Of a stretch of DNA of 64,000 nt, positions 54,601 through 64,000 are shown one piece after another; within the stretch, counting starts at the first letter, position 1; each line of letters starts with the position of its first letter. The DNA is taken from IMG/VR virus record IMGVR_UViG_3300009183_000059, positions 1-64,000 of that record; one strand, 5' to 3'. This DNA comes from a virus. Under the pieces are notes generated by a model. That model made no database searches, had not been told where the DNA came from, and worked only from the letters and a program-made list of their open reading frames with translations. The position numbers and the translations under genes are program-made.

Positions 54601-56990
54601 GATTAGGAAGAGGCCTTGCAATGATAGGCGGCCCATACGGTGCAGCAGCAGTAGCTGGAATTGTTGCAATAACTATGGCAATTAAGTTTATGCAAAAACA
54701 ACATGCGGAGGCACTTGCTAAGGCAAAAGCTGATATTGATGTATCTGCAGCAGCAGTAGAAAAATTTGGTGGAAATGCACTAAATGCTCAAACAGCATTT
54801 AAAGCACTATCAGAAAATGCTGGCGCACTTAGATCTAAAATGGCTTCAAGTACTGAAGACTTTTCATTACTTCCAAATCAAAAAGAAATCGATGCTGTTA
54901 GCAAAGATGTAAAAACATTAATGCAAGACCAGATTAAAGCAGCTGGTGGGCTCAAAGATCGTGGTGCAGCAGAAGAATTTGCAAGAAACCTTAAAGCAAC
55001 ATTAGTTTCACAGGGTGTTGGGGAACAACAGGCAAACGCAATTCTGGGTTCTATACTTCAGCAAGCAAAAAAAGAAGAATTTACAGTTCCAGTTATGATG
55101 GCAATTAAAGGCATTAGTACAAAAGAATCAGCTTTAGATGCTTTAAAGACTGCAGCAGAAAAAACATTTAATGAAATTCAAGATAAGCTGAATGCTGGTC
55201 TATTTATTACTGAAGCAACACAAGGAAGATTTGCTACACAGATAAGTAACCTTGCAGGTCTTGCTGTAAATCAGGTAGGCAAGTTTGAAGACATAAATAA
55301 AATTGTAAGCTCATTACCAGATGGAATGGAAAATTTAAACTTCCAACAGCTTCAAGCTACATATAGTGGACAACAGTTATTAGCAAAACTTAAAGAAACT
55401 AATGCTCCTTTATATGAAGCATTTATGACAGCAGGCTCACTTGGAGACGCAATAACCCAAGCGGCAGCTAATACCCTTGGATTAGTAAGCGCTTTATCTG
55501 GAGTAGAAGCTTCATTTGATATTGCTGCACAGCAAGCACAGAAACTTGCAATTTCAGAATCTTATGGCGCATCTGGAATACAGAAAAAATATGATGCGAA
55601 AATTAAAGCAGAAAATGCAGCAATTGCTGCAGTTCGCAAAAGAGCTCAGGCAGAAAAAGATGCTGCAGATAATGAAAAAAATGCTATTGATGAAAAAATA
55701 TCTAAGCTTAAAGATGAGATTGATGTAATACAAGAAGCAACAGATAAGCGTAAAGATCAACTTCGTGTTCAAGAAGAAGCAGCTAACTTTGAAAAGGAAA
55801 TAGCTACATCTAGAGCAGAGCAAAATGTAGCTATGTTAACTGGTAACTTTGCAGAAGCTGCAATTATTGGATTACAGATAGATAAAAAGATGAATTCAAG
55901 ATCAGTAGATCTTGCAGAAAAATCTATTGATGATAAATCTAAAGCAGAAGTTAAAGCTCGTGAAGATGAAATTAAACGTCATGAAGATAGAAAGAAAGAA
56001 ATACAAGATCTTACTGACGCACAAATTCAAGCAATTGATGCTCGTGCAGCAAAAGAAATTGCAAAGCATCAGGATGTAATCAAGGCTACTCAAGCTGCAG
56101 CTGCACAAACTGCTTCTGATTTTAGAAAGCTTTATCAAGAAGCAGCACAGGGTAATCAGAAATCATATAAAGATCTACAGGTTCTGCTTGGAAAAACTGG
56201 CGGAGATCTTGGAGTTCTTCAGGGCTCATTTACTAAATTTGCTGAAAAGGCTACTTCTGATTTTAAAAAGTTTTTCTCAAACACAATAAAAGCTCTACTA
56301 GGTAGCAAGTATCAACTAGATGATGCTACTGGCAAAATATATGAAAATGGTGCAGATGGAAAACGTGGCAAACAAGTAGGAGACATGGGATCTGGATTCC
56401 TACAGATGTTTGGATTTACTGGTGGAGCATCAGGCGGAGTTGGGTATTTCCCAGCTCCTGCAGATATTATTAAGAGGGGCGGACTAGTTGAAGGAATGGC
56501 TTCATATGTAGCAACTATGAAGTTTAGAGATAAAGATGGTAAAGAATACTCTAAGAATGCAATTGATGGAATGTGGGATGGAGCAAGCATGGATGAAGAG
56601 ACATCTGCTCTATATGCTAAAGAAACTGGAAAGGGATCAGTATTCCTTGGATATGCACAAAGATATATGGGTGGACCAGTAAAAGGGAATTACAGAATAA
56701 AAGCTCAGGCATTTGATGGTGCAAGAACTATGTCGTCAACTATGCCATACATGGTTGGAGAAAAAGGACCAGAATTATTTATACCAAATATGAACGGAAA
56801 TGTGGTACCATCAGATAGGTTATTTAATGCGGTAAGACAAATGAATCTATCAGGCTCTGCAGGCGGAAACGAGTATAATATTAATGTAAGCGTTATGAAT
56901 TCAGGCGCTAGCGCAGATCAAATTGCTAATGCAATCCAGTCTAAGATGAAGCTTATGGATCAAAGAGTAGGGGTATCAAGGAGTGTATAA
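51612..56990 (+). CDS. Tape measure protein
   Basis: 1792 aa, TP901-type core, Ala/Gly-rich helical, VGEKGPELFIP C-terminal motif. Confidence 0.95.
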   Translation: MADILNVKFTANADFGQLISEANRAMAVLSKFRNQALSENIGLNKKDFDVAVGEFRKAVTAAGYYNASIVDVTSSTQKFGKELAGQRLKLKDYYSAWSEYSRGAQGQIRKLAQEQVRMNSSIVKSLGRDVSGAQKAMVITPTGIDAVASASKIAAAELSIYHKVLRDGSTSLINWGKNTQWAGRQLTVGLTLPLAIFGKTASEAFRAADMELTRLAKVYGGIGGVSSEQLTKVKKDVTELSTVLAKTYGASFQDTLGLAADIAATGKEGNDLLGSVAETTRLATLGDVDRQEAMKATLALQSAFSMNTKELAESINFLNAVENQTSTTLSDLVEAIPKAGPVIQGLGGTVKDLAVLLTAMKEGGVNAAEGANALKSGLASMINPTKVSRDLLMSWGVSIDDIVTGNAGDIVGMMQELKKALDQLDPLQKQKAIEQLFGKYQFARINALLENLGKEGSQTLQVFDLMKASTSDLGSIADRELKSLTESASGRYKRALETFKAAIADIGEPFLNIMAKVLDVGGKVLGVFGKMPAPLKAFVTGMGVLTALAGPLIMLTGLMANFFGYIVKGVNALRQFRSGADSFKLVTTETIAADQVADAYTQSIYSQKDAATILRVELERLAQAYRDVAGSQQGGAPGPNSGGVMPPTIIGPGGGTPTSTRKDPELTQYQQTIDDIINDPEMEQAKLRAREKAKASGSFKSVVEQQQAMLAETKSSGGHDFQAPIHAAVAKQAGLGDGTRFTYGKDTIDVASGNYESAHLDPSTKVDKTYGSTVQSKSANQTIAARGIKDQGEFLQYTESDYERMAIANEYTQSKTRAGGRKGSVSQKRIKDAVAPFKKRFGGDLGSAALQEQLQSSVPVSTMAPTSPVVSNTRKATAVYNDPNTDMATRKSIDRNRKKTGQAPLGGVPDTRKVEKGMVNSAKAAKMFNNNIMMSVGSLGMAASMLNQVTGLQSGLVSKASEFAMALGFGLPAVKALGGGLKSVGGSLAKSGGLVGGLGRGLAMIGGPYGAAAVAGIVAITMAIKFMQKQHAEALAKAKADIDVSAAAVEKFGGNALNAQTAFKALSENAGALRSKMASSTEDFSLLPNQKEIDAVSKDVKTLMQDQIKAAGGLKDRGAAEEFARNLKATLVSQGVGEQQANAILGSILQQAKKEEFTVPVMMAIKGISTKESALDALKTAAEKTFNEIQDKLNAGLFITEATQGRFATQISNLAGLAVNQVGKFEDINKIVSSLPDGMENLNFQQLQATYSGQQLLAKLKETNAPLYEAFMTAGSLGDAITQAAANTLGLVSALSGVEASFDIAAQQAQKLAISESYGASGIQKKYDAKIKAENAAIAAVRKRAQAEKDAADNEKNAIDEKISKLKDEIDVIQEATDKRKDQLRVQEEAANFEKEIATSRAEQNVAMLTGNFAEAAIIGLQIDKKMNSRSVDLAEKSIDDKSKAEVKAREDEIKRHEDRKKEIQDLTDAQIQAIDARAAKEIAKHQDVIKATQAAAAQTASDFRKLYQEAAQGNQKSYKDLQVLLGKTGGDLGVLQGSFTKFAEKATSDFKKFFSNTIKALLGSKYQLDDATGKIYENGADGKRGKQVGDMGSGFLQMFGFTGGASGGVGYFPAPADIIKRGGLVEGMASYVATMKFRDKDGKEYSKNAIDGMWDGASMDEETSALYAKETGKGSVFLGYAQRYMGGPVKGNYRIKAQAFDGARTMSSTMPYMVGEKGPELFIPNMNGNVVPSDRLFNAVRQMNLSGSAGGNEYNINVSVMNSGASADQIANAIQSKMKLMDQRVGVSRSV

Positions 56991-56992
56991 CA

Positions 56993-57424
56993 ATGCCATT
57001 TAAAATATCCCTACCTAAAAGTTCCCTTGTTGAGATAGAGTCTACCACCGATACTTGGAATAAGCTTACTGAGCATAATCGTGGTGCGCTGGAAATGTCT
57101 ACAGAAAGAATTGAAGATACAAAGCGTATGGCAAATGGAACTTTAAGAAAATACTATGTTGCTGATAAAAAGTCATTCTCAATGTCTTGGGATTTTGTTC
57201 CAGGGGCACAAACTCACCTAGTAGATACAGCATGGTCAGTAAATGATCTACAAACATTCTACAACTCAGCAACTGGAAAAGCATCATTTAGAATTAGAAT
57301 CAAAAAAGCGGATGGCACATATGAGGGTCCATATACTGTCATATTCTCAGGTTTTTCACCCACTATTGTAAAACGTGGAGTAGATACTTTCTATAATCTG
57401 TCAATAGAAATGCAGGAGGTTTAG
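56993..57424 (+). CDS. Distal tail protein-like
   Basis: RMANGTLRKYYVADK; directly follows the tape measure gene. Confidence 0.7.
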   Translation: MPFKISLPKSSLVEIESTTDTWNKLTEHNRGALEMSTERIEDTKRMANGTLRKYYVADKKSFSMSWDFVPGAQTHLVDTAWSVNDLQTFYNSATGKASFRIRIKKADGTYEGPYTVIFSGFSPTIVKRGVDTFYNLSIEMQEV

Positions 57425-60397
57425 TTGATAAGCATTCCAGCATTAACACAGATCCTGTCAGAAAATACATCAGTAAAGGCTCTGCCTAAAGTCATATTTG
57501 AATACAATATGAACGAGATGGCAGGCACCGTTGAGGTAACAACTTCCTCAACTCAATCAGATATTATAAAAGAATTGTTCCCAGCAAAGTCTATAGTTCA
57601 GTCATTTAGACCATCAAAGGCAGGAGTAAGATACGCAATTCTAGGTACAGGCTTGACCCTAGGCACATATAAAACAAAGGTCATCCCTACAACAAGAACA
57701 TATATGGTTGATAAAAATATACCTTACACCTATTTCTTGGCTCAAGGAAGCGCAGTTGCCGTTGTATCATATAAAAATAAATCTGGAAGTGCTGCACAAA
57801 ATATATTAACAAATAAAATATCTGTTCGTGTAGAAACTGGCCATGGCTCAAATACAATATCTATAGGCTCACTATATACTGGATCAGTTCCTTCATCTGG
57901 AATTGTAGACATTTGGTATAACGGAACTGCTTGGACAACTACAGAGCCAGCAACTTATGCAACTCCACAATCAATATCAACATTAACAGTAACCGTATCA
58001 GGAGGGACATTTAATTCAATCATTGAGGTATCTCCAAAATATGTTTTAGATGTCACAAACAGAGTTATATCTGTTAATATTGATAAAGATGATTCAATGA
58101 ATGATGACAAACTTCCAGTTGGAATGCTTACAGCAAATGCGGCATCACTTAATCTGTCAACCATAATTCAAGACGATATAGTTCAGTTTCTTCGTGGTGA
58201 CACCATTGTCTCAAATAAAGTGATGATAACTAATAACATAAAATGCATAGTCAAGTTTATTATTGAAGATACACATTCTGTTCAGCAGGGAGTATTTTAT
58301 ATAAATGACTACAGCTCTGATGAGTATGGAAACTATTCAATTAAAGCACTAGATGTTGCAAAGTTTCTTCAAGAGATACCGTGTCCCGAAATAATGCTAA
58401 AGGATTCATCCTTCCAAGCAATTATGTGGAGAGTTCTTGATGCAGTTGGATTTGTGGACTATGATTTTTCAAAATGCACAGCAGACGTTTTAACTTGTAG
58501 ATATTGGTGGGGCGATTCAAACAAATCAGTATGGCAGGTAATACAAGAAATTTGTAGAGAAAGCCAAACAGTAGCTTATGTAAACGAATCTGGAACATTG
58601 GTGTTTATAGATAGAGACACATTCTACAGCTCAATACCAAACTACACATGGACTTTTAGATCCACCCCACTTGCAAATATGAAGCCAGATATTATTCAGT
58701 TGTCATCTTCATCTAGACCAACAACTAATGCTGTAAGAATTAAATATAATGTTCCAACAACAAGTTCCCAAGAAGCATCTTCTCAACCACTGTGGACCGA
58801 ACAATCACCATCAACTTTATTTGCGGCTCCTTATAAAGGAATATCTTCAGGTTACATCTTATATCCAGAAAGAGGAGTGTTCTCAGATGTTATCCCAACG
58901 AGATTTAACTCCTACATTCTTGTAGGCGGAGAAATTATAGAATATGATGCTATAAGATTTCAATCTCCAGATGGAGAAGTTGATGTATCTTCTGCTGGGC
59001 AGTATCTTGAATTAAGAGCAAAGCATAATAATAACTTGAGTCCCGTAGGAAAACTAAAGATAAAAGCTAGAAATGTATTTGGAACCCCAAATACAACAGC
59101 AAATCCCGTTCAGTCACCATCTTTAATTCTAGATGGATACAGTGCAAGACAAATTAAACTAGGAACAACAACAAATAATTCTGTTGATATATCAAAAGTT
59201 TGCGCTATGAATCAATCTGGAAATAACATGTCTGCCTTATCTATAAGTGCATCTGGCTCTAAAGATGATTTATATTTAGTTAGTAAGACATTTCCATATA
59301 CATCAGACTCTGAATTTTTCCAAATAGGTACAGCAATTGGATTTGAATTAGCCTCAGCATCCCAGATAGGAATTCAACAGACTTCTGGAATGACATTCTT
59401 CTGGAATAATTCTACTAATAGTGGATACCTACTTCTACTATACTCAACAAGATCTGCACAGAATGTTAAGCAGAAATCGGAAGCTGCTTTGTATAAAGTT
59501 ACTAATGGGTCAGCCAAACTTCTTGAGAGCGTAACCTCAAATATATTTGAAGAGTCTTTTTATGGATTAGATATCTTAGTGCACAAAGAATCAACTAAGA
59601 ATACTATTTTTATAAGTGTTAATGGAAGTACAATCGAATATGAAGACGCAACAAGCCCAATCGCTGCAACATCAACCATAGGTCTTGTGGCTGGAGGTCA
59701 ATCAACTGCATACTTTGATTATCTATACTCATTAAAGAGAGACGCATTTGTACTAGATATATCTGCATCAAGAACTAGCGGTAGGCTGTTATCCAATTCA
59801 TTTTTCCAGAAGTTTACATATGATTCTGCCACAGCATCTAATTTAAAATATGATGAATTTGGAGATGTGATTAGAGAGCTATATAAGGCTGAGGCTCAAT
59901 ATGAATCTGCATATGCTATTGCAGCCCAACCATCAGACGGTCTTGCCCAGGTGGTAGGACAAAGGCTTGGATACTATAAGGGTGAGTTTTATGTATTTAA
60001 TACTTCATCTTCTACAATTGCCCTAGCTGGCGGAGACGGCAAAGACTTATTTGTGTATGGTGTATCTGTAGCAAATGCTGGTCAAAATTTTTACAACTCA
60101 GATGACAAAATTACGGATGTAAAGCAAATAACCTCATTTGACTCTCAGTGGATACAAAGCAAGGAAGCGGCCAAAAGCCTATCAGACTTCCTTACAAAGC
60201 AATGGTCTAAGTCAACAGTAGACATTGATATGGAAGTTTTTGGAAATCCTGTACTTCAGGTGGGGGATATTGTTACAATTAATTATCCAGAAAGAGGTTT
60301 TGACGGATCTGGCAAGTTTGTTATCAGATCTATATCACATTCTATGGATATTGGAATAAGCACCAGGCTAAAACTACGTTCGATTTATTCGGCTTAG
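57425..60397 (+). CDS. Baseplate hub / tail tip protein
   Basis: 990 aa; C-terminal GNPVLQVGDIVTI motif; synteny. Confidence 0.75.
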   Translation: MISIPALTQILSENTSVKALPKVIFEYNMNEMAGTVEVTTSSTQSDIIKELFPAKSIVQSFRPSKAGVRYAILGTGLTLGTYKTKVIPTTRTYMVDKNIPYTYFLAQGSAVAVVSYKNKSGSAAQNILTNKISVRVETGHGSNTISIGSLYTGSVPSSGIVDIWYNGTAWTTTEPATYATPQSISTLTVTVSGGTFNSIIEVSPKYVLDVTNRVISVNIDKDDSMNDDKLPVGMLTANAASLNLSTIIQDDIVQFLRGDTIVSNKVMITNNIKCIVKFIIEDTHSVQQGVFYINDYSSDEYGNYSIKALDVAKFLQEIPCPEIMLKDSSFQAIMWRVLDAVGFVDYDFSKCTADVLTCRYWWGDSNKSVWQVIQEICRESQTVAYVNESGTLVFIDRDTFYSSIPNYTWTFRSTPLANMKPDIIQLSSSSRPTTNAVRIKYNVPTTSSQEASSQPLWTEQSPSTLFAAPYKGISSGYILYPERGVFSDVIPTRFNSYILVGGEIIEYDAIRFQSPDGEVDVSSAGQYLELRAKHNNNLSPVGKLKIKARNVFGTPNTTANPVQSPSLILDGYSARQIKLGTTTNNSVDISKVCAMNQSGNNMSALSISASGSKDDLYLVSKTFPYTSDSEFFQIGTAIGFELASASQIGIQQTSGMTFFWNNSTNSGYLLLLYSTRSAQNVKQKSEAALYKVTNGSAKLLESVTSNIFEESFYGLDILVHKESTKNTIFISVNGSTIEYEDATSPIAATSTIGLVAGGQSTAYFDYLYSLKRDAFVLDISASRTSGRLLSNSFFQKFTYDSATASNLKYDEFGDVIRELYKAEAQYESAYAIAAQPSDGLAQVVGQRLGYYKGEFYVFNTSSSTIALAGGDGKDLFVYGVSVANAGQNFYNSDDKITDVKQITSFDSQWIQSKEAAKSLSDFLTKQWSKSTVDIDMEVFGNPVLQVGDIVTINYPERGFDGSGKFVIRSISHSMDIGISTRLKLRSIYSA

Positions 60398-60417
60398 ATT
60401 GGTATAATGGAGATATA

Positions 60418-60849
60418 ATGACAAAAAAGACGGTAACAATTCATGAGGTCAAAGACAAGCCAAAGATTGTCGTAGACAAAAACTCTCCTGCCGCATACCT
60501 AGTAGCCTCAAAATTTATTGATCCTCAAGAAACCTATAAAATATATGGAAGATCGTCTGTAGACGCAGAAGGTGAAGAAAACGACGGAAGGTCTGACGAT
60601 GATGACTCAAGCTCAGAATCAGAGGGTACAGTACTTCAAGCACCAGAATTTACTGATATCTTTTTAAAAAGAAACGGTTCATTTGAAAACCTTAACCCAT
60701 CAAATAAATATGGAGTCCTGTACAATGTTTCTGGAACTTCAAGAGCTTTAGTAGAATTAGAATTCAAGGTAATGATACCGCTTGATCTGGTAGATGTAGT
60801 TACTGGAATTGAAATATTATCTGATAACGAGGTGGTTGCTGAACTATGA
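60418..60849 (+). CDS. Minor tail protein
   Basis: 143 aa, operon context. Confidence 0.6.
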   Translation: MTKKTVTIHEVKDKPKIVVDKNSPAAYLVASKFIDPQETYKIYGRSSVDAEGEENDGRSDDDDSSSESEGTVLQAPEFTDIFLKRNGSFENLNPSNKYGVLYNVSGTSRALVELEFKVMIPLDLVDVVTGIEILSDNEVVAEL

Positions 60850-61739
60850 TAACTGGATACTATGTAATTAAAGACGGAGACAAAGAGCTTTGCCGATCAA
60901 AAAACATAATTACAAACATTGGTAAAAGACATATTCTTAACTATCTTGCGGACAAGGTTACCGATAGATCTAGATACATTGGAATTGGTATTGGGTCTGC
61001 AACGCCAACTTCTACAGACTATAAGCTTCAGTTTGAAATTAATAAGTATCAAGTATACACTTCAACTATAGACTATTCAAGCAATGTCATTATAATGAAA
61101 GCTCAGTTGCCCCTACAACTTGCAGCAACTATTAGCGAACTTGCTTTATTCCCAGGAGTCTCTACTTCAAGAGCTGCCGAAGATAGAGTAATAACATTTT
61201 TTAACAACGATGCATCTTGGACAAATGGTTCATACATATCAGAATCCGCAAATTCTAAAATAAATAATACATCTTTTCAGATTCAATCATCTAATGGAGC
61301 TATAGTCACAGCAGCTTCTACAGACATTCCATTTGATGTATCTGGGTATTCTACAGATGATTCTATATCAGTAGCATTTAAGCAAAATGATGCAAATCTT
61401 CAATACATAGATATATCTTTTTCTTCATCAGATACAGATTACTATAAATACAGAATAAACGGAACCTCAGTCATAGGACACAGAATTGTAGAGGTGCCAC
61501 TAGTAGATTTCTTTGCTAATCCAGTGGGTGATCCAAAAGACTCTATAAGCAAGATTTCTATAACTGTAAAAGCAAATGCATCAACCTCAACATCCGTAGA
61601 CTTTGATGGAATGAGAATAAATGATAATGATACTTATGTTCAAGAGACGGGAGCAATTAGTAGAGCTGCTTTGATTAACCCAATCGTAAAAGAGTTTGGA
61701 AGAATATTAGATTTAGAGTATAGGCTGGTGATTGCGTAG
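60846..61739 (+). CDS. Minor tail protein
   Basis: NIITNIGK...IGIGIG...L.FEI motif. Confidence 0.7.
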   Translation: MITGYYVIKDGDKELCRSKNIITNIGKRHILNYLADKVTDRSRYIGIGIGSATPTSTDYKLQFEINKYQVYTSTIDYSSNVIIMKAQLPLQLAATISELALFPGVSTSRAAEDRVITFFNNDASWTNGSYISESANSKINNTSFQIQSSNGAIVTAASTDIPFDVSGYSTDDSISVAFKQNDANLQYIDISFSSSDTDYYKYRINGTSVIGHRIVEVPLVDFFANPVGDPKDSISKISITVKANASTSTSVDFDGMRINDNDTYVQETGAISRAALINPIVKEFGRILDLEYRLVIA

Positions 61740-64000
61740 TGGGACTACAATCAGATAACTCATTATTTGCTGCACAAAAATCACAATCATTTAAAACTGC
61801 AAAGCTCACAGAAAGATCTCCTGGAAATGAGGAGAGATTATTTGTAAGATATATTGGTAAAGATGAGAATGGTAACAAGGTAGTTGGTAATGTCTCTCCA
61901 GCTTTAGTGTTTACAAATATTGGAATTGAAACATTCAAATATGCAGTGGTGCCAACACTTACAGTAACCCCACAAGCATTTGGATACCTTGTTTCTTGGC
62001 CAGTTCCAAGCACAACTGATTATCCTAACTATAGATATACTCAGATATATGAATCAAAAACACTTAATAATTTTGGCGTAAACGATTTATCAAACCCTGC
62101 TGTAGTATTAAAAGCAACAAGTTCTACAAACTCATACGTAGTTCCTACACTAGATCTTGATTTAAGATATATAAAAATTAGACATGCTGGTATATCGGGG
62201 TCACAAACTGCGTATAGTCCTTTGTCAGCAGCAGCCTCTGCAACACCAACAGATCCAGTCGCAGCAGCCTCTGATGGAGTACCTCCAGGTAATGTAACGG
62301 TTACGTCGGCGGTATGGTCTGGAGATAATGTGCTTATTTATCTTACAATGCCATCAAATGATCTTTCTAAAAGATTTATTATAAGACTAACAAACGGATC
62401 TACATCTGGATATTTTTACAAATTTGCAAATGGAACATCAACATCTCAAATACTAACTATAACAGCAGAAGAACTTTACACTGTTATGGGTCAGAGATTT
62501 ACATCCTTTACTGGATTGTTACAGAGTGCTGATTCTGCAGACAACATAAATACTGGAACTTCGTTTTCGGTTGCAGAAAAATCAAATCCTTTATCTGGGG
62601 TAGTTCCAACATTTACAGCGGCACCAATTGCAAATGGGTATGCAGTTAATTACACTCTTCCTTCTGGAGCAACATCAGCAAAAGTATATGCAAGTGCAAC
62701 ATCTGGTTTTACTCCAAATGATTCTACAAACTTAGTATACTCTGGAATTAGTCCAGCAGTAATTATTAATACATCGTTTACAACGCTATATATTAAGATT
62801 AAATATTTTGGTCTATCTTTAAACTCCTCTTCTGATTCAGCGCAGGTTGCAGTAAATGCTGTAGATGCAGGAGCTCTTTCATTAATTGATAACGAAGTTA
62901 AAATAAGCACCACAGGATCACTACTTGCTGGCGACTCAGCAATATCTGGTGGAAGAGCTATCTTTAATAAGACTGGTACATATTTCTACGATGCTGGCGG
63001 AAACCTAACATCACAATTATTAGCAGGAGCAGCAAACGGCTCACCAACATTTATAACTACAAATGCAAAAATAGCTAATTGGATGATATACGCAAATAAA
63101 ATAGAAAATTCACTTATTCCTGGAGTAGTTAATCAGTATGCAGGACTTTCTCCAAATGGAACGTATGCGTTCTGGGCTGGATCTAATGTTGCTGGCGGAG
63201 ATGCAAATGCAGATTTCTCTGTAACACAATCTGGAGCGGTAGTTGCTAAGAATATAAGTATTAGTGGTGGATCTCTAAATGTAGGTACAACAAATATTAG
63301 TGCAGTTAGCGGTAAGCTTACAGCAAGTGATGCAGAAATTACTGGAAAAATAACAGCTTCATCTGGATCAATTACTGGAAACCTTGCACTTGGCGGCTCA
63401 TTACATACTGGATCTTCTCCTTCTTCTGGAGACAGAGTTGTCTTTAACTCTGCAGGAATAGGAAGCTATGCCAATGGCGTATCATCACCACTATTTGAAC
63501 TTACTGGAAATACTGGAAAAATCGGTGGATTCACAATTAATTCCACTTCCCTTGCTACAAGTAGACTTACTATAGACTCAGCTAATCAAAAGATTGTATT
63601 CAATGGAGGGTTTACCCTCGATCAAGACAATGTTGCCTCTAGAACATTTACTGTTACAGATAGTTCTGGTTCTTCTAGCACAGAGCTTGATTCAGCAAAC
63701 TCATTATACTCATCATCATCAGGAACTGGATCATCTACAAGTGCCTCTACAATATCATTAAAGCTTGATTCTGCAAATACAACAAATAGCCCTAAGATAT
63801 CATTGAGTTCTGATTCATCAATTGGTGCTACAATATTATTAGAAAATTATGGAAACTCTTCTAAATCATCCATACAGCTTGCAGACGGAGGAATTGAATT
63901 TAATGTTGGTAAGACTGGTGCCGTAAAACTTACTGGCTTTACAAATAGAGCACACTATTCTTATGGTTCTGGGTATTATGGAAGCGGAACTGAAGTAGCA
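61739..64000 (+). CDS. Partial large tail fibre / central spike protein (not in ORF track, runs off window)
   Basis: GTG overlaps the previous TAG; frame reads MGLQSDNSLFAAQK... and is in frame at the window end (...YGSGYYGSGTEVA); FN3-like and Gly/Ser/Thr-rich segments. Start and end were translated by hand, not every internal codon. Confidence 0.75.
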   Translation, partial: MGLQSDNSLFAAQKSQSFKTAKLTERSPGNEERLFVRYIGKDENGNKVVGNVSPALVFTNIGIETFKYAVVPTLTVTPQAFGYLVSWPVPSTTDYPNYRYTQIYESKTLNNFGVNDLSNPAVVLKATSSTNSYVVPTLDLDLRYIKIRHAGISGSQTAYSPLSAAASATPTDPVAAASDGVPPGNVTVTSAVWSGDNVLIYLTMPSNDLSKRFIIRLTNGSTSGYFYKFANGTSTSQILTITAEELYTVMGQRFTSFTGLLQSADSADNINTGTSFSVAEKSNPLSGVVPTFTAAPIANGYAVNYTLPSGATSAKVYASATSGFTPNDSTNLVYSGISPAVIINTSFTTLYIKIKYFGLSLNSSSDSAQVAVNAVDAGALSLIDNEVKISTTGSLLAGDSAISGGRAIFNKTGTYFYDAGGNLTSQLLAGAANGSPTFITTNAKIANWMIYANKIENSLIPGVVNQYAGLSPNGTYAFWAGSNVAGGDANADFSVTQSGAVVAKNISISGGSLNVGTTNISAVSGKLTASDAEITGKITASSGSITGNLALGGSLHTGSSPSSGDRVVFNSAGIGSYANGVSSPLFELTGNTGKIGGFTINSTSLATSRLTIDSANQKIVFNGGFTLDQDNVASRTFTVTDSSGSSSTELDSANSLYSSSSGTGSSTSASTISLKLDSANTTNSPKISLSSDSSIGATILLENYGNSSKSSIQLADGGIEFNVGKTGAVKLTGFTNRAHYSYGSGYYGSGTEVA

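Noticed and set aside
14777-62913. Short antisense and alternative-frame ORFs inside nrdJ and the structural genes
   Set aside because: Fully overlapped by long, motif-supported plus-strand genes.

Overview
A 64-kb segment of a large, AT-rich tailed phage with siphovirus-type morphogenesis genes. The host is most likely actinobacterial, inferred from GAAAGG-type ribosome-binding sites, leaderless starts and actinobacterial promoter motifs. Three zones are visible. (1) 1-9.95 kb is a minus-strand early/host-takeover region of small genes (DUF932, Gp88-like, many unannotated 25-70 aa Cys/Zn microproteins) plus tRNA-Asp. It is built from modules sharing a regulatory grammar: 13 TGTCAS-N10-TANNNT promoters matching the actinobacterial PafBC/RecA-NDp DNA-damage promoter, 12 CRP-type boxes (10 helically phased to a promoter), DnaA boxes, GACAC boxes, and a five-copy covarying RNA pseudoknot. 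(2) 10-16.3 kb holds a gene-poor junction, a candidate sRNA, a secreted lysozyme-like protein, a GT4 glycosyltransferase and a class II ribonucleotide reductase. (3) 16.4-64 kb is plus-strand virion genes: a ~26-kb fibre/appendage block, then portal, protease/scaffold, capsid, neck, tail tube, chaperone with a -1 frameshift, tape measure and tail tip. No terminase is visible. The best candidate novel system is a fibre-associated protein whose 34 cysteines form an exact mirror-symmetric GGNC/NPYNPC ladder, followed by three DUF6065-like paralogues, two small paralogues and a CxxC protein (19989-24376). All family assignments come from motif recognition by eye; no searches were run.
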